Below the pieces are notes generated by a model, which saw only the letters and a list, made by a program, of their open reading frames with translations, was not told where the DNA came from and made no database searches. The translations under genes and the position numbers were made by a program. Shown here piece after piece: positions 1 through 8,671 of a DNA stretch of 28,888 nucleotides. How positions within the stretch are numbered: position 1 is the first letter of the stretch; every line of letters begins with the position of its first letter. Source of the stretch: Armatimonadota bacterium (GTDB lineage Bacteria; Armatimonadota; Zipacnadia; Zipacnadales; UBA5352); NCBI GenBank assembly GCA_034722055.1, contig JAYENL010000208.1:1-28888 (forward strand), in the 5' to 3' direction.

Positions 1-1
1 C

Positions 2-3000
2 TTCATCGGCGCGCAAATGGCCGAGCCCGAGCCCGCCAGCCTCAAGACCGAGGCCCAGGATGGCGGCAGCGACGTCTGGAAGGACGACTGCCTGGAGGTG
101 TGGGTGCGGGCCACGGAGGACCGCGCCGACGTGGATCAGTTCATCGTCAACGCCGCTGGCGCCCGCCAGCGCGTCAGGTCTCGGACCTCGGGCATGGAGA
201 CCCCACAGCCGCAGTTCCGGGCCGCGGCCACCGTCGGCGAGCGTGCCTGGACGGTCGAGCTGTTCCTCGACTTCGACGAGATCGGCCTTCAGCAGACGCC
301 CCAGCCCGGCGACATGGTGCAGCTCAAGCTCGGTCGGGAGGACCCGGAGGGCCGCACCACCGTCCTCAGCACCTGGCCGCCGCGGTCGCCCTACGGCCGG
401 GCCGAGGGCTACGGGCGGGCCTACTTCATCACCAGCAATCTGCTGCCCAACGCGGACTTCACGGAGACGAACGATGAGGGCGCGCCGGCCGGCTGGGGCT
501 TCGGCGAGGGCCAGCTTCAGCGCACGTCGGTGGTCGAGGAGCAGGGGCGGACGGCCCTGCGCTGGGAGACGCCCAACCAGTACGCGGCCATCCAGCGAAC
601 CATCGAGCTTGAGCCCAACGCGCAGTATCGACTGGAGGCGCGAGTGCGCGGGGACGCCGGTATCTACCTGCGCTCGCGCACGAAGGAGCATCCTGACGAC
701 GAGGCCAGCCGGCCCTTCACCGTCACGACCGAGCCCAGCGATGAGTACCAGTACTACGGCGTCAGCTTCCCCACCGGCGCGGACGGCCGGGCGCTGATCA
801 TCCTCGGCAACTACGAGGGCCTCGGCGCCGGGACGGTCTCCCTCACCGACCTGGCCGTGGTGCGGCAGGCCAGGATCGAGACCTCCGGACCGGCCATCGT
901 GGCGACGCCCGGCGAGACCGTCCGCATCACCGACATCGGCATCGACGACTGCCGGGCGCTGCGCGGCTTCGTGGGCGGGCCGGTGGACGGCCGCCTGGAC
1001 TCGGTCGCCTGGAACGGCTCCACCTGGGAGTACGGCGCCCCGCACGCCGGCGCAGGCGTCTATTACGACTTCAACGGCGGCGATGGCCTGCACGTGACGC
1101 TCGCCGATGACCGCGGCGTGGACGCCGTGCAGATCCGCGGCGGCGCCAAGGTGAAGCTCTACCGCGACGCCACCTCCTACTACCAGCCCGGCGAGGGGGA
1201 GCTGGCCTGGGACTTCCGCACCAACGCCACCAGCTCCCGCGCCATCTTCGGCCAGCGCGTCATGAGCGATCGCTTCAGCTTCTTCGAGCTGCAGGACGGC
1301 TTCATCTCCGACCTCTACTTCTTCCGCCTCGGCGAGGAGGGAGAGCTTCCCCAGCCCACGATCCTCAACGCCCAGCAGGAGGTCCAGCCGGAGGACCTGG
1401 CCGAGTTCGCGTCGCGCTTCGGCACCGAGCCGGGGCCATTCCACCTGCTCTCGCCCACCGAGATGGCCGCGCGGCTGCAGATGGAGGGGGATGGCTGGGC
1501 GCATTTCGTTACCCCGCCGATGGAGGAGGATCGCGGGCTGATGGCCGTGGGCCTGCGGCTGTCGATGCCCCAGGCGCCGGCGGGGATGCCGCTGGAGGTG
1601 GCGCTCATGGACCCCTGGAACCCGCGCCAGCGCGTCGTCAACGCCCAGCTCGCGGCGAAGGGCCCGGGCACGCTGCACATGGTGCTGGACCACCTCGACC
1701 AGGTGATCCCCGAGGGCCGGCGAGTGTGGCTGGCGCTGAGGACCGGCGCGGAGACGACCATCCAGACCCCGCAGGTGGAGCTGTACTACGCGCCCGTCGA
1801 GCGGGCGCGGCCGGAGGCGCTGGAGTACCGCAAGTGGATCGTGAAGACCATGTTCGCGGCGCTGAGCGAGCCGCGGCCGTGGGGGAGCCTCCGCTCCCGG
1901 GATCAGGACCTGCAGGAGTGGGCGGAGGACGCCTACGCCGGCGAGAAGGTGGTGGAGCTGCTGCGCGAGGCCGAGTTCGCCAAGCGCCTCGGCCCCGATG
2001 ACGACATCGTGCGGCAGTACGACGAGTGGCTGTGGCGGCGGGCGGGCATCCCGGATTTCGAGCCGACCATCGATCAGGTCCCCGGGGCGCCGGAGTGGGC
2101 CGTGGTGCTGCGCCAGGCGTGGCTGGAGGCGCGATCCGTGCCACAGTGGTGGATGGAGAACCGCCTGGTGCCCACGGGGGAGCTGGGCGGGCGCGTGGGC
2201 GACGACTCCGACATGTATCAGAACTACGCCATGTTCCGGATGATCTCCGACGACCCGGTGGCGCGCCAGGTCTACGCCGGCGCCGCCCGACTGGCCGAGC
2301 ACGCTGAGGCCAACACCATGGAGCAGGGCCTCAACAAGCGTAGCACGGATCCGCTGCACGCCTACGAGGAGGGCGTCAACCACGAGGCGCTGATGACCTG
2401 GTGGGGCTACGGCGACCCCGTCTACTTCGAGCGCTCGCTGGCGGCGGCGCGATCCATGCCGGCGCTGACCGTCGTCACCGACCTGGGCCATCGCCACTTC
2501 AAGAACCAGTCGCTGGGCGCCGAGGACCTGCGCATCGACCGGGAGCTGGGGGTGGACGGCCACGCCCATCCGCTGATGCTGCACCCGCTGTTCGAGGTGC
2601 TGTGGTACAATCGCCACCCGCAGGTGGAGCAGTTCCTGCGCGAGTGGGCCGACGGCTGGCTGGGGCATCAGCAGCCCGGCGCCTACGCCACCAGCGTGGA
2701 CGTGGCGACCGAGGAGCCCACTCAGGTCTACGAGAACCGCCCGCTCTACGGCGGCTACGGCGGCCAGGCCTCCGCCTTCGCCGGAATGATCCTCTACGCC
2801 GGCGGCGCGAAGTACGCCCAGCCCTTCCTGGACGCCTACGAGAGTGGCTGGAACCGCTACACCGTGGCGCGGATGATCCCCGAGATGTGGCAGGCGGGCC
2901 TGCTGGATGGCCTGACGGAGGAGCAGCTCGGGGCGCTGGAGGAGGCCGAGCCCTACCTGGCGGTGCTCCGCCGGGGCGACCGCGGGCCGCTCATCGAGGC

Positions 3001-4654
3001 GCTCAAGGCCGACATCGCCGAGATGCAGCGCTTCCCGCACATGTACACCACCGCGGAGCAGTTCACCGACCGCATCTTCCTCTACGCCATCGAGAACGCC
3101 GCCAAGGCCTACTGCGGCGCCTTCGCGACGCGCAACAAGTACACCCACCCGCACGCGGTGAGCTGGGAGGGGTTCGGGACCGACTTCGCGGCGCTGGTGC
3201 TGGACGCCACAGCGGACCGGCTGAAGGTCGCGGTCTACAGCTTCGCCGACGAGCCGATGGAGGGCACCATGCGTGTGTGGCGGCTGGATCACGGGGTTTA
3301 CAGCGTGACGCTCGGGCCGGACGCGGATGGCGATGACCAGGCGGACTCTGTCGCGTCTGAGCGCGAGATGGAGCTGCAGCGCTACGCGGCGGTGCCCGTG
3401 GCGCTGCCACCGCGGCAGACTACCATCGTCGAGGTCACGCAGACGGAGGCGCTGGAGCCGATACGCGAGCGGGCGGACCTGGCGCTCTCGCCGCTGGACA
3501 CCGCGGTGGAGAAGGGCGTGGTCCGTGGCGTGGTGCACAACATCGGGGTGGCGCCGGTGGCCTCCGCCGAGATCGCCCTGCTCTCCCCCGCCGGCGAGGT
3601 GGTGCAGCGAGAGACGCTCACGGACATCCCGGGCATCGCCAACGACCTGCAGCCGGTGCGCGTCGAGTACGAGCTCACCGGCGTCCCTGCCGAGCCCACC
3701 GACTGGCGCGTGGTCATCGACCAGGCGGAGACGGTTGACGAGATCTACGAGGGCAACAACTCCGTGCCGCTCGGCGGCGGCTCGACGGGAAACCCGGAGC
3801 GGTCCGCCGCCGCTGCAGCGCCGAATGACGCCAGCGCCGGGGAGGGCCAGACGATGACGGTCCGCGCCCACTATTACGAGCAGTTCGACGCCGACTACGG
3901 CCTCGACGTGCCGGCGGAGGGCTTCGGCGGGTGGAAGTCCGCGGAGCTGGAGCTCGACCCGGCGCACACCGCGGTCGTCATCATGCACGCCTGGGACTGC
4001 GGCACCTACGAGGAGTATCCGGGCTGGTGGAAGCGCGTGGAGTACATCCCGCGCGCCAATGAGATCGCCCGCACGGTCTTCCCGCCGCTGCTGTCGGCGG
4101 TGCGGGACTCGCCCATGAAGCTGTTCCACGTGGTCGGCGGCGGGGACTACTACGAAGACCTGCCCGGCTACCAGCACGCGAAAGAGCTCGCAGAGCCGGC
4201 ACCGGAGGCTCCGGAGCAGATCGAGGCCGACCCCACGCTGCAGGGCCTGCGGCAGTTCAAGTCGGACCTGATCGCGCACACCGCCGAGGACACCCGCCGG
4301 GGCTTCGAGAACGTGGACTTCCTGCCCCAGGCCCGCCCGGTCGGCGACGAGGGCGTGGCGGAGAACGCACAGCAGCTCTTCGCGCTCTGCGAGGAGGCCG
4401 GGGTCAACCATCTGATCTACGGGGGCTTCGCGATCAACTGGTGCCTGCTGCTGTCGCCGGGCGGGATGGCGGACATGAGCAAGCATGGCATCATGTGCTC
4501 GGCGATCCGCGACGCCACGACCGCGGTCGAGAACAGGGAGACCGCGCGCGAGGAGCTGGCGAAGCAGGTCGGCCTCTGGCGCGTGGCGATCGCCTTCGGC
4601 TACGTCTTCGACTCCGAGGACCTGATCGCGGCCCTGGAGTGCCTGGAGGAGTGA
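2..4654 (+). CDS. Large modular protein (5' end outside window): CBM9/DOMON-like and CBM4_9-like modules, uncharacterised core, CARDB domain, C-terminal isochorismatase-like (cysteine hydrolase) domain
   Basis: Frame is open from position 2. 'VWKDDCLEVW...QFIVNAAG...WTVELFL' is CBM9-like. 'NLLPNADF...PAGW...IELEPNAQYRLEARVR' is CBM4_9-like. 'ADLAL...VHNIG...VVID..ETVDEIYEGNN' (~3473-3773) is CARDB. 'LDPAHTAVVIMHAW...HLIYGGFAINWC...IRDATTAVE' fits the cysteine hydrolase fold. Confidence 0.75.
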   Translation, partial: FIGAQMAEPEPASLKTEAQDGGSDVWKDDCLEVWVRATEDRADVDQFIVNAAGARQRVRSRTSGMETPQPQFRAAATVGERAWTVELFLDFDEIGLQQTPQPGDMVQLKLGREDPEGRTTVLSTWPPRSPYGRAEGYGRAYFITSNLLPNADFTETNDEGAPAGWGFGEGQLQRTSVVEEQGRTALRWETPNQYAAIQRTIELEPNAQYRLEARVRGDAGIYLRSRTKEHPDDEASRPFTVTTEPSDEYQYYGVSFPTGADGRALIILGNYEGLGAGTVSLTDLAVVRQARIETSGPAIVATPGETVRITDIGIDDCRALRGFVGGPVDGRLDSVAWNGSTWEYGAPHAGAGVYYDFNGGDGLHVTLADDRGVDAVQIRGGAKVKLYRDATSYYQPGEGELAWDFRTNATSSRAIFGQRVMSDRFSFFELQDGFISDLYFFRLGEEGELPQPTILNAQQEVQPEDLAEFASRFGTEPGPFHLLSPTEMAARLQMEGDGWAHFVTPPMEEDRGLMAVGLRLSMPQAPAGMPLEVALMDPWNPRQRVVNAQLAAKGPGTLHMVLDHLDQVIPEGRRVWLALRTGAETTIQTPQVELYYAPVERARPEALEYRKWIVKTMFAALSEPRPWGSLRSRDQDLQEWAEDAYAGEKVVELLREAEFAKRLGPDDDIVRQYDEWLWRRAGIPDFEPTIDQVPGAPEWAVVLRQAWLEARSVPQWWMENRLVPTGELGGRVGDDSDMYQNYAMFRMISDDPVARQVYAGAARLAEHAEANTMEQGLNKRSTDPLHAYEEGVNHEALMTWWGYGDPVYFERSLAAARSMPALTVVTDLGHRHFKNQSLGAEDLRIDRELGVDGHAHPLMLHPLFEVLWYNRHPQVEQFLREWADGWLGHQQPGAYATSVDVATEEPTQVYENRPLYGGYGGQASAFAGMILYAGGAKYAQPFLDAYESGWNRYTVARMIPEMWQAGLLDGLTEEQLGALEEAEPYLAVLRRGDRGPLIEALKADIAEMQRFPHMYTTAEQFTDRIFLYAIENAAKAYCGAFATRNKYTHPHAVSWEGFGTDFAALVLDATADRLKVAVYSFADEPMEGTMRVWRLDHGVYSVTLGPDADGDDQADSVASEREMELQRYAAVPVALPPRQTTIVEVTQTEALEPIRERADLALSPLDTAVEKGVVRGVVHNIGVAPVASAEIALLSPAGEVVQRETLTDIPGIANDLQPVRVEYELTGVPAEPTDWRVVIDQAETVDEIYEGNNSVPLGGGSTGNPERSAAAAAPNDASAGEGQTMTVRAHYYEQFDADYGLDVPAEGFGGWKSAELELDPAHTAVVIMHAWDCGTYEEYPGWWKRVEYIPRANEIARTVFPPLLSAVRDSPMKLFHVVGGGDYYEDLPGYQHAKELAEPAPEAPEQIEADPTLQGLRQFKSDLIAHTAEDTRRGFENVDFLPQARPVGDEGVAENAQQLFALCEEAGVNHLIYGGFAINWCLLLSPGGMADMSKHGIMCSAIRDATTAVENRETAREELAKQVGLWRVAIAFGYVFDSEDLIAALECLEE

Positions 4655-4728
4655 GGGGGGGACGATAACACGCGCACACTGCGACCAGCCGGGCCGAGAC
4701 GCGCGAGGGGTGTACGGGTCGTTGCCCA

Positions 4729-4762
4729 GCCGTCTGGAGGGGCCGGCCTCCGTTCCGGCCCG
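4729..4762 (+). repeat. REP-like palindromic repeat, family C, copy 1
   Basis: GCCGTCTGGAGGGGCCGGCCTCCGTTCCGGCCCG matches the reverse complement of 21309-21342 at 29/34 positions. A GGAG tetranucleotide precedes the hairpin. Confidence 0.7.
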
Positions 4763-4910
4763 CTCCTTTGCTTGCGTCGGTCGTTGCCCTTGTAGTGCCT
4801 ATGCCTTACCGACACCTTGGGCCCTCGCGGAAGAGCCGTGGCCAGGCTGCACGCCAAGCAGTTTGCCGTGGAGACTGCTTTGCAGCGGGTATGGGCCGGG
4901 GTGGAACCTA

Positions 4911-4936
4911 AGCGGTGCGTTCGCGAACGCACCGCT
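4911..4936. repeat. Perfect 26-bp palindrome (REP-like or terminator hairpin)
   Basis: AGCGGTGCGTTCGCGAACGCACCGCT is its own reverse complement and lies between convergent genes. Confidence 0.8.
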
Positions 4937-5155
4937 CCCCGCTCGCTCGGCTCGCGGCGGCCCCTCCGTACGACACCAACACACGCCTCGGCCGGTGGTC
5001 AACTGTATCGCAAGCCTCCCCCAAGATGCAGAACCGACAGGAGGGGCGAGCTTCCTTGCTCGCCCGGCCGTTGGCGTTCATGCGGTCCTCGTTATGTTCG
5101 TCTGCCGCTGCTGATGCAAGGGGATGCGACACCGGCCAACGGACCTGCGTGACAT

Positions 5156-5264
5156 CGGCCGACGGACAGGAGTGTCCGTCGCACGGAACGACAAGAGATG
5201 CCTACAGCACGGGGGCGCCATGGCGTTGACGGCCGACGGACAGGAGTGTCCGTCGCACGGAACG
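5156..5264 (-). repeat. Two identical 35-bp direct repeats with internal hairpin (REP-like family A)
   Basis: CGGCCGACGGACAGGAGTGTCCGTCGCACGGAACG occurs at 5156-5190 and 5230-5264. Internal stem is CGACGGACA/TGTCCGTCG. Confidence 0.85.
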
Positions 5265-5287
5265 GCAGCGGCTCCAGCGGGGGAAGC

Positions 5288-7033
5288 TCACTCGCTCAGG
5301 GCGCCGCCCAGGAAGTCGATGGACTCCTCGCCATACTCCGTGGAGAGGTCGGCGTAGAGCGACAGAAGGGCCTCGACGCCGATGATCCCCGCACGCAGCT
5401 TCGCCATGGCGTCGGAGGCCATGGGCACCATGCCCTCCGAGATGGCGGCATGGCGCATCTCCTGCTCGTCCACGCCCACCAGCGCGCGGCGCTTGAGCTC
5501 CGGCGTCATGCGCATCAGCTCGAAGAGGCCCACGCGCCCAAGGAAGCCGGTGTGCCGGCAGCGCTCGCAGCCCTCCCCCTCCGCCACCACGCTGACGCGG
5601 TGCTCCTTGAGGCGCTTCTGCAGCGCCGGGGCCTCCTCCAGCACCTCCTCGACCTTTCGCGAGACCTTACACTCCGGGCACACCCGGCGGGCCAGCCGCT
5701 GGGCCAGCACCGCCCGCAGCGATGAGGAGATCAGGTAGGGCTCCACGCCCATCTCCAGCATGCGCGTGACGGTGGCGGGCGCGTCGTTGGCGTGGAGGCT
5801 GGTGAGCACCAGGTGGCCGGTGAGTGCGGCGCGGAAGGAGGCCTCGATGGTCTCAGTGTCACGGGCCTCACCCACCATGACGATATCCGGATCCTGGCGG
5901 AGGATGGCCAGCACATGGGGGGCGAAGCCCACACCGATGTCGGAGCGGGCGGTGGCCTGGTTGATGCCGTCGAGCTGATACTCGATGGGGTCCTCGACCG
6001 TCTCGATGTTCACCGGCCGCTGGCGGAGGTAGTGCAGGGCGGCGTAGAGGGTGGTGGTCTTCCCGGTGCCGGTGCCGCCGACCACGGCCAGCAGGCCGCG
6101 GGAGGCCTTCAGCAATGCCTCCATCTGCTGCTGCAGCGGCGCGGACATGCCGAGCTGGTCGAAGGTGATGTACATGCGGTTCTTGTCCAGCAGCCGCATG
6201 ACAATGTTCTCGCCGTGCATTGTCGGGCGCAGGGCCGAGCGCACGTCGATGCGCCGGCCCGCCGCCTGGGTCGTAAAGCGCCCGTCCTGGGGCCTGCGGG
6301 ACTCGGCGATGTCCATGCCGGCCATGATCTTCAGCCGGGAGATGAGGGCGTCCCTGATGGTCTCCGGGAGCTCGTTCGGCTCGCCGAGCACCCCATCGAC
6401 CCGGTACCGCAGCCGGAGGCCATCGTGGGTGGACTCCACGTGCACATCGCTGGCGCGCATCTTCACGCCCTGGGTGATGATGCTGCTGGCGAGCTGCACC
6501 ACCGCGGGGGCGTCGGAGAGGTCGGCGATGCGGTCAACCTCCTCGCTGAGGCCCTCAGCTCGGCCCTTCATGGAGGCCTCCAGCTCGACGATGTCGTCAT
6601 CCGCCCAGTAGGTGTCCATCGCCCACGCGATCTCGGGATCTTCCACCTTCACCGCCTTCACCCGATAGCCGGTCTGGCGGCGGATCTCGTCGATGGCGGT
6701 GACGTTGTCGGGATCACTCATCGCGACCTCAAGGGTGTCATCATGCGCCGCGATGGGGAAGGCGCGCAGCCGCCGGCCGAGATCTGAGGGGATGATGTTG
6801 GTCACTGCGGGGTCGATCTCCATGTCTCGCAGTGATGGGATCGCGCTGATCTCCCCGCCGGTGGCCTCCCGTATCTGCTCGTGAGTCAGGTATCCCCGCT
6901 GCACCGCCAGCTCCAGGGCCGAGGCCTCACTGCGCATGCCCTCCTGGTAGACCTCCCGGGCCTGATCGGCCGTGATGGCCCTGTGGCGGTGCAGGATCCT
7001 GAGGATATTCTGCTCGCGCTCCCAGTCAATCAT
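5288..7033 (-). CDS. pilB: GspE/PilB-family assembly ATPase (type IV pilus / T2SS)
   Basis: 'ASDVHVE', 'RYRVDG', 'MDIAESRRPQDG', Walker A GGTGTGKT, Asp box TVEDPIEY, Walker B RQDPDIVMVGE, His box TGH...LH, and Zn motif CPEC...CERC. Start placed at ATG 7033 after a GGGGGAGAG SD-like sequence. Confidence 0.9.
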   Translation of the reverse strand: MIDWEREQNILRILHRHRAITADQAREVYQEGMRSEASALELAVQRGYLTHEQIREATGGEISAIPSLRDMEIDPAVTNIIPSDLGRRLRAFPIAAHDDTLEVAMSDPDNVTAIDEIRRQTGYRVKAVKVEDPEIAWAMDTYWADDDIVELEASMKGRAEGLSEEVDRIADLSDAPAVVQLASSIITQGVKMRASDVHVESTHDGLRLRYRVDGVLGEPNELPETIRDALISRLKIMAGMDIAESRRPQDGRFTTQAAGRRIDVRSALRPTMHGENIVMRLLDKNRMYITFDQLGMSAPLQQQMEALLKASRGLLAVVGGTGTGKTTTLYAALHYLRQRPVNIETVEDPIEYQLDGINQATARSDIGVGFAPHVLAILRQDPDIVMVGEARDTETIEASFRAALTGHLVLTSLHANDAPATVTRMLEMGVEPYLISSSLRAVLAQRLARRVCPECKVSRKVEEVLEEAPALQKRLKEHRVSVVAEGEGCERCRHTGFLGRVGLFELMRMTPELKRRALVGVDEQEMRHAAISEGMVPMASDAMAKLRAGIIGVEALLSLYADLSTEYGEESIDFLGGALSE

Positions 7034-7405
7034 TACTCTCTCCCCCTGGAGGCAGCTACAAGCTCGACGCATAAGCTACGTGTCTACGGCACCGGCGGAC
7101 GAGTCTCCCACAGTTGGGACTTCCTCGCCGGACAGGGTGAATCCTGCGAGTCCCGGCACGTCTCCGGCCGCTTCCCCCTGTGCGCATCGATTCTGTGTCG
7201 GGCCGCGACCCGGTGGGGCCCAGCCGTTTACCATGCTGGCGCGCGTGTCCGGCGACGAATGGCCCCCCGCGATGGCCGCACCGGGCAGCGCGGCTCTCCT
7301 CAACGGCGAGCGCGGTCCGCGCCCGCAACCGACGCTGGGGAGGTCATCGGCGCGCGTACGGGAACACCGACCTCACACGCACACCGACGCGGGGGGCGCC
7401 CACCC

Positions 7406-8560
7406 ATGTGCGCGACGGAGATCGACTTGGCCACGCACAGCGCCGAAGTCCGGGAGGTCTGGGAGGCCTTCAACGCGGGCCAGCCCCTGCGCGTGCCCAT
7501 GATCCTGGGCATCGCCTCCCGCTTCACCATCCTCAGCCGCGACCACAACCCCCTGGGGATCACCTACCGCGAGTACTTCCTCGACCCGGACATGATGTTC
7601 TATCACCAGCTCTACCACCAGTGGTTCCTGCGCCATCACCTGCCCCGGGACGTGGAGATGGGCCTGCCCCAGGAGTGGGTGGTGAACGTTGACCTACAGA
7701 ACAGCTACTCCCAGCTCTGGCACGGCGCCGAACTGCGCTTCATCGATGGCGACGTGCCCGACACACCACCCTTCCTGACTGATGCGAACAAGTGGAAGTT
7801 CATCGACGGCGGACCCCCGGAGCCGTTCAGCGGCTGGCTGGGGCGGGCGTGGGAGTACCGGGAGCGCTTTCAGGAGCTGGCTCGGGACTATGAGTACTAC
7901 GGGCGCCCGGTCAGGCCGGGGACGGTGCCGGGTCTGGGCACCGACGGACCCTTCACCACGGCCTGCGCCATCCGAGGCCCCACCGAGCTGTGCCTGGACA
8001 TGCGCGACGACCCGGACTTCTACCACGCGCTGATGGACCTGATCGTGACCGCGACCATCCGCCGCATCCGGGCCTTCCGACAGCGCCTGGGGCTGCCCAT
8101 GGAGACCGCCGCCTGGAGCTTCGCCGATGACAGCATTCAGCTCGTCAGCGACGCGACCTACCGGGAGATGATCCTGCCCTACCACCAGCGGCTGATCGAT
8201 GAGTTCGGGCCCGAGGGGCCCAACTCCATCCACCTCTGCGGCGACGCCACGCACCTGTTCCGGACCATTCGGGACGAGTTGAACGTCATGAGCTTCGACA
8301 CCGGCTATCCCGTGGACTTCGGGCGGCTGCGCCAGGAGCTGGGGCCGGAGGTGCGCATCAACGGCGGCCCGCACGTGGAGGTCTTGCGCTCCGGCACGCC
8401 GCGGCAGGTCCACGAGGAGACCCGGCGCATCCTGCAGTCAGGGGTCATGGAGGGCGGCAGGTTCGTCCTCCGTGAGGGCAACAACCTCGCCCCCGGCACA
8501 CCGCCCGAGAACGTAGCGGCAATGTACGCGGCGTGCAAGCAGTTCGGGCGGTACCAGTAG
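7406..8560 (+). CDS. Uroporphyrinogen decarboxylase (URO-D / MtaA-CmuA-like) family protein
   Basis: 'GPFTTACAIRG.TELCLDM.DDP', 'FADD', 'IHLCGD', 'SGTP.QV.EE', 'GGRFVL...APGTPPENV.AM'. Start trimmed to ATG 7406 because the longer ORF overlaps pilB. Confidence 0.85.
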   Translation: MCATEIDLATHSAEVREVWEAFNAGQPLRVPMILGIASRFTILSRDHNPLGITYREYFLDPDMMFYHQLYHQWFLRHHLPRDVEMGLPQEWVVNVDLQNSYSQLWHGAELRFIDGDVPDTPPFLTDANKWKFIDGGPPEPFSGWLGRAWEYRERFQELARDYEYYGRPVRPGTVPGLGTDGPFTTACAIRGPTELCLDMRDDPDFYHALMDLIVTATIRRIRAFRQRLGLPMETAAWSFADDSIQLVSDATYREMILPYHQRLIDEFGPEGPNSIHLCGDATHLFRTIRDELNVMSFDTGYPVDFGRLRQELGPEVRINGGPHVEVLRSGTPRQVHEETRRILQSGVMEGGRFVLREGNNLAPGTPPENVAAMYAACKQFGRYQ

Positions 8561-8600
8561 CAAAGGGCGACGAGCGACGCTGGGCGCTCCCCTCAACCCT

Positions 8601-8629
8601 GGGGCGCGGGCGCCCCCGCCCGCGCTCCC
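8601..8629. terminator. GC-rich hairpin between convergent genes (REP-like / terminator)
   Basis: GGGGCGCGGGCG-CCCC-CGCCCGCGCTCC. The sequence CTGGGGCGCGGGC recurs at 25055-25067. Confidence 0.5.
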
Positions 8630-8671
8630 GTCAGTCGTCCTCGTTGTGACCCTCACGCTCGGGCTGACCGA

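Noticed and set aside
5156..5264. Two identical 35-bp palindromic repeats with a 39-bp spacer resembling a mini CRISPR array
   Set aside because: Only two units, no cas genes or AT-rich leader, and a related partial copy is dispersed at 21228, so REP-like is the better reading.
6881..7405. N-terminal extensions in the ORF track for URO-D, pfkB, sulfatase, DUF6250 and the 19820 ORF
   Set aside because: Extensions are Arg/Pro/Gly-rich, overlap neighbours or repeats, and better downstream starts match the domain boundaries.
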